64,000 nucleotides of DNA from Scenedesmus sp. PABB004 (GCA_014905635.1 JABVCE010000014.1:124001-188000), one strand, 5' to 3'; counted from the stretch's first letter, positions 36,244 to 47,515 are shown. A program made the numbers and translations. Notes: generated by a model from the letters alone, not told the origin.

Positions 36244-37418
36244 GCTGGGTGGCGCGGGTCGAGGGGTGCTGCTGCTGCTGCTGCTGCCTCGCGCGTCTCG
36301 CGTGCGTGGCGGGTCTGGAGGGGGCCTGGAGGCTGGACGCGTCGCCGGTGCGCGATCTGTGCGCGCGTGGGACCACGGGAGAGAAGCTGTGGGCGCAGGG
36401 CCTGGCGCACTCGAAGCGCCGGGGCTCTTCGACCGCCTCCCGCTCCGGCGGACCCCTGCGCCGGCCTGGGCAGTCGTACACGAGCAGCCTAACGAGTTGG
36501 GCGCGCTTCCGCGACCAGAGGGGTTGGCCAGTCGCCGCGAAACGCCTTCGCGGTATTCCACCGACGCCTGCAGCCGCGAGCGCGCCTGGCCGGCACCTGC
36601 GTCCCGTCTACAACTTCCCCCTGAAGCACCCGGCGCACTGCGGGCCTCAGCGGCGCGCCGTCTGAGCCGCGCCAGCGCCGCCGCTGCTGCGGTCAGCCCT
36701 GCCGCGGCGCACCTCGCCCAGCCATGCCGGCGGCGGCGGCGCGCAAGGCGGTGCTGACCATCGACACGCACTCGTGCGGCGTGGGCGACGACACGCTGTT
36801 CAGCCCGGGCGTCGAGACGCCGGGCCACGCGCTTAGCAGCGCGTTTGCGGTGCGCCGCGCGGCCGGCGAGCAGCAGGCGGCCAGACCAGCTCGCATCTGA
36901 GCCCGGCGCCCGCCCTCCGACCGCCCGCAGGACGGCCTCCCACTGGCGGAGCCAGCGGCGGGCGGCAAGGCGCGGCAGCCGCGCGGGTGCGCAGCCTTTT
37001 GCCGCTGGCAGCGGCGGTCGCGGTGCTGACCCGGCGCGCGCAGGCGCGCGGCAGCGGCGGTGGGGGTCATCGGTCGCGCGCGAGTGAGCGGGTTTACCAG
37101 GAAAGCAACCGCGCTCCACGCCGCCGCCGTCACCGAGTCTGCTCTCTCCGCCGTGCGCGACCTGACCTCGCATCGCGCTTTCATTCCCGCTCGCACCGAT
37201 GCGCTGCCGACGCGCGGCGCCCCAGCAACTGCCTGCGCCCAGCCCCGACAAGAAAAAAGAATGAATTGGCGGCGGCGGCGGCCCAGCCAATGCGGCCGCG
37301 CGCGCTGCCCGGCCTGCCTGCACTGCCTGCGCCGAGGTTTCCCCTACGAGCGAGCCCGCCCCCCTCGGACCGACGTCCACAGCCGCACACAAACACGCGC
37401 GCGCGCGCGGCACGCCTC

Positions 37419-40400
37419 TCACGCGTAGAGCTCGCGCACCGCGCGCGCCGAGATGCGGCTCAGCAGCTGCGCCGTGACCTGGGGCAGCACCTCGCGCGCG
37501 ACCGTCGGCAGCACGGGCAGCAGCTCGAGCAGCAGCCCGGGGTCGGGCCCGCCGCCGCTGAGGCTGCCCTTGGTGAGGAAGTTTACGATCTTGACCACGT
37601 TGTCCACGACCTGCCGGTCCTCCTCGCTCAGCGCTGGCGACAGCGGCACAAACGCCTGCCGCGCGCCCGGCAGCAGCACGGGCACGCGCACGCCGGAGAG
37701 GCCGAGGCGCTGCACCACCGCGACGAGCTGCTCGCGCGAGAGCGCGTCGATGGACTTGACCACCTCGTCGAGCAGGAAGGTGCGGAAGAAGGCGCCCTCG
37801 GGCGAGAAGATAAACCTGGCGGGGTTCAAGGGTTCAAGGGGTTCGAATGAGCGGTTTGAACGCGCAACCCTGGGCCCCGTGTGCATTCGGAGCAGCGCGG
37901 GCCCGCCTCGTGCCTGGGAGGGAGCGCAGCGCGCGCGCGCGCCGGCCGCACCTGAGCGCCTCGCGCAGCCGGCCCTGGCTGTCCAGCGTGCTCTGCTGGC
38001 GCAGGTCGAAGCGGTTGGCGGGCAGGCCGAAGAGGCCCACGCCGGGGCCGCCCGCGACCATGCCCGTGCCGTCGCCAAACGCGCCCGCCGGCGCCGGCAG
38101 CGGCAGCGGCAGCGGCAGCGGCAGCGGCAGCGGCAGCGGGAGCTGCAGCGGCGCGCCGCCAAAGATGCCGACGCCGCCGCCAAACGGCCCGCCGCCGCTC
38201 GCGCCGCTGCCGCCGCTGCTGCCGCTGCTGCTGCTCCCTGCGCCGGCGGCGGCGCCGCCGTCCATGTCGCCGCGCGACGACTGGCTTGCGACGGCAAAGC
38301 TCTCAAACGCGTTGAGCAGGTCGATGAGCCGGTCAGCGTCAAAGATGCCCGCCTTGCCGTACACCATGTAGCGCAGCGCGGCCTGGGCGCGGGCGCGGGC
38401 GCGCCGCATGCGTCGTCGCGTCAGCGCGGCGCGCGGCGGCGGCGCGCGGCGGGGGAGGCGGCGGGGGGAGCGGCGACGGCGGGGAGCGCAGCGCCCGCGC
38501 GGCGCGCGCCTGCAGGCGCGGCGACTCGTCGGTGAGCAGGCGCTTTGCGATGTACCTGCGGCGCGGCGCGCGGCGCGTCGGCCCGCGCCCGCCCGCCCGC
38601 GCGCCCGCCCGCGCCGGCCCCGCCGCCGCCCGTGCCGCGCCGCCGCGCGCCGCGCGCCGCGCGCCGCGTCTCACGGGTACGCCTCGTCCACGAGCGCAAA
38701 CCGGGGGTCGCCCACGAGCGCAATGCCCTCAAGCACGCCGATCGCGCGGATGATGAGCGCAAAGTAGGGCGGGATCCTGCGGGACCGCGGCGGCGGCGGG
38801 CGTTATTGGTGTTATAACGCTGTGACGACGGTTGAGCTTCAAAAGGTGTACGAACGCGGGGCCGCGCCCCGCACACCACGCCACACTCCCCCACACGCCC
38901 ACACGCGCCCACACGCACCCACACACCCAAACACCCACACAAGCACGCCCACGCACACCCACCTCCACACCCGATCCCCACACGCCCACACACGCCCACG
39001 CACACCCACGCCCCCACCTGAAGGGGTAGTCAAACGTGATCTGCGCCAGGTCGGCCGCGAGCTCCTGGAAGTTGATGTTCTTCGCGCCGCCGCCCTCGAG
39101 CGCCTGGTCAAACACCTTGGCCAGCACCGGCAGGATGGGCTTGAGGTCCGTCCCGGGCGGGATGAACTGCAGCGTCACAAAGTCCTGTCAGTGACAGCGG
39201 TGTGGGCGGGGAGGGGGAAGCGGCGGCGGCGGGGCTCGGCGGGGCTCGGTGCGCGCGCGCGCGCGGGCGGGCCAGCGCCGCCGGCCGCGGCGCGCGGCGG
39301 CGCCCCGCGAGCCGGGGGCACGCCTGCCCGCACGCGATGGCTCGCGCGCAGTCCCACGCGCGCGCCCACCTGCACGATGGCCTCGTAGTCCCTGTGAATG
39401 AGGTGGCTGATCGCCTCGATCATGCCAAACTTGATCTCATCGTCAACCTGGGTGGTTGATTCGTTGGTGGTTGGTGGTTGATGGTTGATGGTTGGTGGGG
39501 GCGGTGAGGCGGCGCGGCGGCGGTGCGTGCGTGCGCGCGCGCGCGCGCGGCGGTGGCAGGGCGCACCCGCCCCCCGCCTGGGCGGGGCCGGACGGCCGCC
39601 GCGCCCCGCCTCGCGCCCCCGCCCCGCACACAGCGCGCGCCCACCTGGGTCATCAGGCCAAAGTCGAGGATCGCCAGCCGGCCGTCGGGCGTGCGGATGA
39701 GGTTGCCTGCAGCGCAGCGCGCGCGGCGGCAACGGCGGCGGCAGCGGCTGCACGTCAGCGACGCCGGGGGCCCGCGCGCCACGCCCTGCGCCCCGCGCGC
39801 CGCCGCTGCCCCAGGGCCGCGCCCGGCCCCGCCCACGCCGCGCCGCGCACCGGGGTGTGGGTCTGCGTGAAAGAAGCCGGTGTCCAGCAGCTGCTTGAGG
39901 TAGCTGATCACGCCGATGTTCACCAGGTCGCCCACGTCGGCGGCCTTGGACTGGCTCAGCTTCTCGCCCTCCAGCCAGCTCACCGTGAGCACGCGGCGAC
40001 TCGTGAGCTCCGAGTACGTCGTCGGCACAACGATCTGTGTGCGCCGGCGGGGGCGCCGCGCGGGGGGCATGCGGGGGTCGGCGGCGCGCACAGACCGCCG
40101 GGCGGCGCAAAACCGGCGCCGCGCGCGGGGGCGCAGACCGGCGGCGCCGGCCGCGCGGGCGGCGCCGGCAGCCAGGCGCGCCTGCGGGAGGTCTGCCGCC
40201 ATCTGCGCGGCAAAGAGCGTCGCGTTCTGGCCCTCCTTCACATAGTCGAGCTCCTCAAAGAACCGCGCCGCCCACTCGTCCAGCAGCGCGACGACGTCGG
40301 TCGTCACCTGCGCCGCACGCGCGCGCGCACACACGCAGGGCGGGGCGGGGCAGGCGCGCGCGCGTCGGGCGGGCGGGGCTCCCCCGCCGCGCGACCAGCG

Positions 40401-42451
40401 GGCGGGCGGGCGCGCGCGCGCGGCGCCGCCGCGTGCGCCGCGCGCGCCGCTGTGCCGGACCTGCGGGAACTTGCGCAGCGCGAGGCCGAGCTTGCGGATG
40501 ATGTAGAGGTCAACCGTCACCGTCTCCTGCGGCGTTCAGCAGCAGGGGTTCAGCAGGGGTTCAGGGGTGCAGGTCGAGCGCGACGGGGATCGGGGCTCGG
40601 GGCTTTGACGGCCGCGGCGCGGCGGCAGCGCTGCGCGCGGGGCCAAGCCCCGCGGCGGCAGCGGGGCGCGCCTCCTCACCAGCACGCCCGGGCGCTGCAC
40701 CTTGACCGCCACCTCCTCACCCGTCTTCAGCCGCCCCCGGTACACCTGCCGGCCGGGCGCGGCGCGCGCGGGCGCGCGGGCGCGCGGGCGTGAGCGCGGG
40801 GGGCGCGCCGCGCCCCTCACGCAGCGCGCGCCCGCCGCCCTGCCCCCGTGCGCACCTGGCCGAGGCTGGCCGCCGCGATGGGCTCGGGCGTGAGGTCGGC
40901 GTAGATCTCATACCACGGCGCGCCGAGCTCGTCGTTGATGACCTGGCGCGGCGAGAGCAGGGGCGGGCAGGCGGGCGGCCGGCGGCGCGCAGGGCTGTGA
41001 GGCTGTCTGCGCGCGCAGCGGGCGGCGCGGCGAGTGCGCTCGGCGGCCGTGTGCGGCCGCGGCCCGCGCGCGCACCTGCATCGCGACGGCGCTGTCAAAC
41101 GAGGGCACCTTGTCGCAGAGCTTCTGCAGCTCGTTCATCGCCGCGGGGCTGAGGATGTCCGGCCGGATGCTGCGCGCGCGCGCCGCGGGTGCAGCGGCGG
41201 TCGGCACCGGCCGCGCGCCGGCGCCGCGCCGCCGGCGCCGCCCCGCCGCCCTCCCCCGCCGCGCGCCCCCGCGCCATTGCGCCGCCGCGCGTCGCTGCCC
41301 CTGCCGTGCCGAAAGCGGCGGCGCACCTGAGCGCCTGGCCGAGCTTGATGTAGGCTGGGCCGAGGCTGGTCACGATGTCACGCAGCTGGATCGCGCGGCG
41401 GACCTCATTGTCCTTCAGCTTGCCTGCGCGCGTGGGCGTGTGCGTGTGTGCGTGAGCGGACGCGGGCGCGGCGACCGCGCGGCGGCGCCCGCCCCGCCCC
41501 GCCCACCGCCCACGCCGGCCGCTGCTATAGCTGCGCCGCGCCGCCGCGCCGCGCCGCCGCGCCGCGCCGCGCCGCGGCGCACCGCGCGCGACGTCGCTGG
41601 CGATGCCGCCGAGGAAGGAGCCGGCGATGCCGAGCAGCTGCGTGATGCGCGTGATGACCGCGGTCGGCCGCGTGTCCCAGTATCTGCATCGACACGCGCG
41701 CGGCAGACGACGCGGGAGGGTCGGCGGGCCGCGGGCGCCCGCGCCGCGCCCGCCGCCGCGCGCCGCCGCGCGCCGCCGCCGCGCGCGCGCCCCGCCGCCG
41801 CTGCTGGGCGGGGCCGGAGCGCCCCACGCACTGGTTGATGGCGTCCGGGTCGTACGCGAGCGGCAGCGCGGCGTCGAGGCCCTCGTCCTGGGCCTCGGTC
41901 ACGAGCCGCATGCGCACGCCGGCGGACGCAAAGTCGCTCTCGTCGAGGTTGGCGCCGCGGAAGCCGGCCATGAGCACCTTGAGCTGCTCGTCCTCCTCCA
42001 TGCTGCTGCGCATCTGCGGGCGCGGCCCCACGCGCGGAGCGTGCGCGCGTTGGTGCGCGGAGCGGCGTGCGCGCGCCGGCGCGGCGCCGGCGGGCGGCCG
42101 ACCGCGACCGGCGCGCGCGGGGCGGGCGCGCGCCTCGCGCATGTTGGCCGACATCTGAGACACGGACGTGGACTGCGGCGGCGCCGCGCGGCGCACGTGT
42201 CGGCGCGGGGCAACGCCTGGCCGCGACGGCGCGCGCTGCCGCTCGCGAGGGCGCCGCCGCTGCCGCGGGCAATTGCTGCGCCTGCCGCCGCCCGCACGGG
42301 GCCGGGCGCGGCACAGGAGCACGCTGCGATCGCCGCACACCTTGGACGCCGCGCGTGCGGCCACAGCGCGGCGCGCCAGGCCCGACTGCTGCTGGCCAGG
42401 CGCGGGCGCGGCGCCCCGCCGGCCCGGCGCCTGCGCCCGCGAGCCCAGCAT
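37419..42451 (-). CDS. ABC1K6: Plastid ABC1/UbiB atypical kinase, ABC1K6-like
   Basis: LPLAYDP, LRDIVTSLGPAYIKLGQALS|IRPDILSPAAMNELQKLCDKVPSF, PIAAASLGQ|VY, VAVKVQRP, DEWAARFFEELDY, YLKQLLDTGFFHADPHPG|N, ILDFGL; about 17 introns. Subfamily assignment by recalled similarity to plant ABC1K6. Confidence 0.9.
38096..38137. repeat. (GGCAGC)n hexamer repeat encoding (LP)n in an ABC1K exon
   Basis: ggcagcggcagc... gives LQLPLPLPLPLPLPLPAP on the minus strand. Confidence 0.8.
38872..39016. repeat. Degenerate CA-rich (cacacgcc) low-complexity tract in an ABC1K intron
   Basis: Repeated ccacac/cacacgcc units. Confidence 0.7.
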
Positions 42452-42492
42452 GGCGCGGAGCTGCGGCACGAGGGGAAGCGCGGGCGGCCGCG

Positions 42493-43476
42493 GCGCGCGC
42501 CGGCTTGTGCGAGCGGGGCGAGCAGGTGCCTGGCGCTGCCTCCGTCCGCTGCCGCGTCTCCGGCTGGTGCGTCCCGTCCGAGTGGCAGCACAGCGCCTGG
42601 GCGGAGGGGGCAGGGCGAGCGGCGGCGCCGCGCGCATCGACCGCCGGCGCGCCGCGACGTGTCGGGGCGGCGCGAGCCCTGCGGCGCGGGTCATGGTGGG
42701 CGGCGCCTCGCCGCGCTGCGGCCGCCCTCCCGTGAGCCCGTTTGCTCAAGAACTGGGGCCAAGAGCTCCGCCAGCCTGTCACGCGCCGCCCTTGTCCGCG
42801 CCAGCCCGCCGGCGCGCCGCGCCGGCCGTGGCGGCCACCTGCAGCGGCCAGCAGCCGCTGGCAGCGCGCGGAGTGGCGCGGCGCGCCCCGCCAGCTGGCG
42901 CCGCCCGGCGGCGCGCCTCGGCCTGCGGGGGCAGACACACTCAAAACTGGGCCGGCGGCGCGGTGCGACGACGCGTGTCGGGGCGGCCGGCGCCAAGGCT
43001 CGCTGTTCGTGCTTTCCCCGAAAGTCCCGCGCGCTGCGGCGCAGGCAGGCGCCTCGAGCTCGCTCGTCAGCCGCGAGCTCTCCAGCTCCGCACAGCCAGC
43101 TCGGACCAGGCCGGCCAGCCCGCCGGCACGCTGCGCCGGCGTGTCGCGCCTGCCAGCGCCGCCGGCAAGCGAGCGCGGCGTGCCCGCGCGCCGCGCCCGC
43201 CTGCCCGCCGGCGCGGGCGGCGGCGCAGCCTCTCGCGTCGGCGTTGGCGAGCGGTGGAGGGCAGCAACCGAGCCAAGATAGGCGCGAGATGCGAGCCAAG
43301 GGTTCTGCGGCTTAATCTGCTGTCCAGCCGACCTCGCGCCACGCGCACGGCCCCGCACGCACTGCGGCTGCGACCCACGCCCCCGGACCCACGCCCCCGC
43401 CCCCACGCCGCCCTGCCCACCATGGCGCTCACCATGAGGACCTCCCTGGCCGGCCGCGTGGCGCCCTCGGCCGCGC
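42493..43476 (+). repeat. Block A (~984 bp): inverted duplicate of 57113-58099; ABC1K/LHCA2 upstream region plus first 18 codons of LHCA2
   Basis: For example agccaagataggcgcgagatgcgagccaagggttctgcggcttaatctgctgtccagccgacc here is the reverse complement of ~57250-57313; colinear over the whole block with scattered substitutions and indels. Confidence 0.95.
43422..43476 (+). pseudogene. Truncated LHCA2 5' stub ([18 protein letters not shown]), continuing into a chimeric 45-codon ORF ending at 43559
   Basis: Identical to the start of LHCA2 (57167-57113, minus strand), then similarity stops abruptly. Confidence 0.9.
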
Positions 43477-43496
43477 ACCTTGGACGCTGCGCGTGC

Positions 43497-43788
43497 GGCC
43501 ACAGCGCTGCGGGGGTGCCGACGCGCACCGACCCCGGCCGGCGTGTACATCAAGCATAAGCAGCTTCAGCAGGGCGGCCGCGCACGGGCTCTGACGGGCG
43601 GGCGGCGGCGTGTGCCGTGCGGCAAGTGAGAGTATGTTGCCTCCCACTCCCGCTCGCTCGGTCAGCGTTCCAGCAACCGATCGGTCCGCCGCGCGCGCCA
43701 ATGCGGCGTCCGCGCGCCACTTGCTAAAGTACAGCCGTCGGCAAGGCGGGCGCCGCCCGCATGGGGGCTGTGCAGGCGCGGCGCGCGC
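43497..43788 (+). repeat. Block C (~292 bp): inverted duplicate of 58102-58394
   Basis: ggccacagcgctgcgggggtgccgacgcgcaccgaccccggccggcgtgtacatcaagcataagcagcttcagcaggg... is the reverse complement of 58394 downward; diverged with indels in the middle. Confidence 0.93.
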
Positions 43789-44004
43789 GCCGCCGCCGCC
43801 CCCGCGCGCGCTCGCTGCCGGGCGCGGCACGCGGCCAATGGTGCAAACAAAGAACCGGTGCAGAGGTTTGGGGTACAGAGAGAGGGGGAGAAAGGAGAGA
43901 GGGCCGCACCCCGACGCGCGGCGCCCTGCCACGGCCTGCGGCGCGCGGGCGCGGCCGCCGCGCTCGGCCGCGTGGCCCGCCCCGCCCCGGCCGCGTGGCC
44001 CGGC

Positions 44005-44639
44005 TCAGCTGGGCGGCCAGAAGCTCGACGCGACCTTGATGCCGGACAGGCGGATGCCCAGCACGATCGTGAGGCCGACGATGATGCAGCAGACGTCGCC
44101 GAAGAGGCTGTCGCCCATGAGGTTGTCCAGCAGGCTCCACACGCCACGCCAATAGATGATCACGCCCGTCACCGCGGTCAGCTGCGAGGGCGCCGCGCGG
44201 CGGGCGGGCGCGGGTGGGCGCGTGCTGCGGCGTGCGCTGGCGCGTCCCGCGGCCGCGGGGACGCGGGACGCGCGCGCACCGTGACCGCCACGCTCTGCAG
44301 GTCGGCCTCGAGCTTGTGCTCAAACTCCAGCAGCAGCTCCTGGGGCACCTCCAGCTCCAGCTGCTGCTCCCCGAGCGCCGGCTCCAGCCCGCCGGCGTCG
44401 TGCGCCGCCGCCGCCGCCGCTGCGGGCGCGCCGCCGTCGCTGCCATCGCTCGCCGGCGCTGCGGACCTGGTGGCCGGGGGCAGCGGGCTGCTGGCGACGG
44501 CGCGCACGCGCAGGCCCGCGCGGCCGGGCCGGGCGCTGCTGCGGGCTGGCCGGGGCGCCGCTGCCCGCCCGGGCTCGCGGTGCGGCCGTGCCGAGAGCTG
44601 GGGCGTCTGGTGGCGGTGCGAGGCGAGGCCCGCGGCCAT
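44005..44639 (-). CDS. Small putative plastid membrane protein with two TM helices and a WRGVWSLLD (Fuseless-like) motif
   Basis: Transit-peptide-like N-terminus (GLRVRAVAS), then LEADLQSVAVT|LTAVTGVIIYWRGVWSLLDNLMGDSLFGDVCCIIVGLTIVLGIRLSG...FWPPS*; one GT-AG intron. Confidence 0.7.
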
Positions 44640-45025
44640 CAGGCGCGGCGGGGCGAGGCTCGGCCGGGATGCTGACGGCCGCAGGCGCTCGCCTGCGCGC
44701 TGTCGCGGCGCGCGGCCCGGCTTGGCTGCGCCGTCTGGGCACGCTGCGCGTCGGGGTGCGCGCGGGAAGCAGGGGAGGCAGGGTTGAGGGCAGTTGAGGC
44801 TCGCAAGACCGCGCTGCTGCCCTCGGCCGGGCGTGGAGCTGGGGCCGCCACAACTGGCCCTCGCTGCCCACCGCTGGCACCCAGGAGCTCCCTTTGGCAC
44901 GCTCACAGCTGCGGCCTGCCGATTGCCGCCGCCGCCGCCGCAGCCGCCGCCGCCCGCGGCTGACGCTGCCGCCGCAGCCCGGTGCAGCCGGTGCAGCCGC
45001 GGCAGCCGGCGGCCCCTGACGCTGC

Positions 45026-46528
45026 ATGCTGGGCGCGGTCCGCCCGGCCGGCCTGCGCGCCGCGCGCTCCGGCGCGGCCATGGCGGCGCGGCCCCGCGGC
45101 GGCGGCCGCGCGCTGGCTGCGGGTGCGGGCGGCGCCGGCGGCGCGGCGCCGCCGTACAAGCCCACCAACATCGCCGACGCCGAGGGCTCGCCCTTCTTTG
45201 AGCTGGGGCTCAAGGAAGTGCAGGAGGGGGTGAGCGCGCGGCGTGCCGCGCCTGCCGGCGGCCGCAGGCCCCCGGGTGCGTGCCCCGCGACACGCCGCGC
45301 GCGACCGCCGGCGGCCCGCGCGCCGCGCGCAGGCGGGCCGCGTGCGCGTGCGGCAGCACGTCAACCCGCTGTCCAGCGCGTTCCAGACGCCCACGCCGGC
45401 GCCCGACTGGCGGGCGTCGTACGCGGACCCGACGCTGCCGCTCTTTGTCGACTGCGGCTGCGGCCCTGGGCGCTTCCTGCTGCTGCTCGCGCGCCACGAC
45501 GGCCGCGCGGGGCGGGACATGAACTACCTGGGCCTGGAAATCCGCCAGCCGGTGCGCCGCGCGACGGCCGCGGCGGCGCAGCAGCGCCGGCAGCGGCGCG
45601 GCCGCCGCGCAGCGCCCCCACCCCCAGCCCGCGCGCGCCGGCGCGCCGCACTCACCTCGCCCGCCGCCGCTGCCGCCGGCGCGGGCGCGGGCGGCAGCTC
45701 GTCGAGCGCGCGAACAAATGGGCGGCGGAGCTGGGGCTGGGCGGGCGCGTGCGGTACGTGTTCACCAACGTGTCGGTCTCCCTGGCGGGCCTGCTGGCGA
45801 GCTACCCCGGCCCAGTCGCCGGCCTGTCCGCGCAGTTCCCCGACCCCATGTTCAAGCGCCGCCACCGCAAGCGCCGCATGGTGCAGGCCAGCGTCGTGCA
45901 GGCGGCGCGCGAGCTGCTCGTCCCCGGCGGTGCGCCGCGGCGCACGGCGCGCGACGGGGCCGGGCGCCGCGCGGCCGCGCCGCTGCGTGCCTCTCGACCG
46001 CCGCGCCGCGCCCGACGCCGCCGCGGCCGCCGCCGCGCCGCTGCCGCGGCCGCCGCAGGCACGGTGTTCCTGCAGTCGGACGTCTACGGCGCGGCGGTGG
46101 CGATGCGGGACGAGTTTGAGCAGCACGCGGGCGACGTGCTGGAGCTCTCGCCGCTGCACGCGAGCGCGCGCGTCTTCCAGTGGACGCCGGAGCAGGCGGC
46201 GGCCGAGGCGGCCGCCGCGGCGCAGGAGCAGCAGCGCCAGCGCGCGGCGGCACGGCAGCGGCGCCAGGGCGGCGGCGCACAGGACGGTGCGCAGGGCGGC
46301 GCGGAGCAGCAGGACGGCGGCGCGGAGCAGCAGCAGGACGAGGCGAGCGAGGAGCCGGACGGCGGCGCGGAGCAGTCGCAGCAGGACGGCGGCGAGGCAG
46401 CGTTTGTGTCGCGCTGGGCCGCCGGCGGCTGGCTCGCCGACAACCCGCTCGGCGTGCCCACCGAGCGCGAGCATTACGTGGCCGCCACGGGCGGGCGTGT
46501 GTATCGGGTGCTGCTCGTCAAGCGCTGA
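45026..46528 (+). CDS. trmB: tRNA (guanine-N7)-methyltransferase TrmB, bacterial/organellar type
   Basis: RVRVRQHVNPL, VDCGCGPGRFLL, NYLGLEIRQP|LV, FPDPMFKRRHRKRRMVQ, VFLQSDV, NPLGVPTEREHYV; 3 introns. Confidence 0.92.
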   Translation: MLGAVRPAGLRAARSGAAMAARPRGGGRALAAGAGGAGGAAPPYKPTNIADAEGSPFFELGLKEVQEGVSARRAAPAGGRRPPGACPATRRARPPAARAPRAGGPRARAAARQPAVQRVPDAHAGARLAGVVRGPDAAALCRLRLRPWALPAAARAPRRPRGAGHELPGPGNPPAGAPRDGRGGAAAPAAARPPRSAPTPSPRAPARRTHLARRRCRRRGRGRQLVERANKWAAELGLGGRVRYVFTNVSVSLAGLLASYPGPVAGLSAQFPDPMFKRRHRKRRMVQASVVQAARELLVPGGAPRRTARDGAGRRAAAPLRASRPPRRARRRRGRRRAAAAAAAGTVFLQSDVYGAAVAMRDEFEQHAGDVLELSPLHASARVFQWTPEQAAAEAAAAAQEQQRQRAAARQRRQGGGAQDGAQGGAEQQDGGAEQQQDEASEEPDGGAEQSQQDGGEAAFVSRWAAGGWLADNPLGVPTEREHYVAATGGRVYRVLLVKR

Positions 46529-47515
46529 GCACACCGATTAAAGCTTATTCTGCCCGACCGACCCCGCCATGCTGCCGTTGCCGCCCCCAAAATGGTGCCG
46601 CTGCTGCCGACCTGGCTGAATTCAGCCGCGGCCAAACGAGGGGGCGCGCTAAGGAAAACCCCCGCCCGCCGCCCGCGGGCGGCGCCGGCGTGCGCACGAG
46701 TGCACGGCCTCGCGCGCGCGGGCCGCGGACAAAATGCTTGGCCGTGGGGTCGAATCCCCAGGCCAGGCGCAAAGGAGAAGAAGCGGGCCCGCCGACGCGG
46801 CCGCGCCGCCCTGCAATCGTGGCGGCCCGGCCCGCCGCCGCCCGCCCAGCCGCCCGCCCCCCCCCCCCCCCCGCACAGGCCTGGCCGCTGCGCAGGCCGC
46901 TCCGACCTCCCAGTCTAAACCGCCCTGACTAGACCGTCGACAACGGCAGCTGCATAACAGCCGTGATGCAGCGCTCGTGATGCAGCGCTCGCCGCCCGGT
47001 CGCGCGAAGCAGCGCGCCGGTCCGTGCACGGCACACTCACGCGCCAGCGCAGCAGCATAACAGCACAGCAGCACAGCAGCACAGCAGCACCGGGCCCAGC
47101 CGCCCGGCCGCCGGCACGCGGCCCCTCGGCCTCCCTCGCCCCGCCCTCTGCGCGCGCGGGCAGCGCTGCGGCGCCCTGGCGCCCCGCGTGCGATCAGGCC
47201 CTGAGCGTTTCTTCAGCCGCCGCAGCACAAGATTCAGTCAGTCAGTCGGGTGCCAACCCTGTGTGTGGGTGTGTGCGTGGGTATGCCGCCGCGTGCGCTG
47301 CGCCGCACGGCGTGGCATGGCGCGGCGCCCGCGCGGGCGGGCGCGCGCGCTGCTGCTAGGTTGGGTGCGGCCGGCACGCTCAGGGTGCGGCGGCCGTGCA
47401 GACAGAAAAGGCAGGGCCGTGGTCGCAGTGCGGACGCCCGACCGGATCAGGGGGCCCGGCCGGCGCGGGCCGCGCGCCGGCTGGCGCCGCAGGTGCAGCG
47501 GCTGTTCACGTGGGC

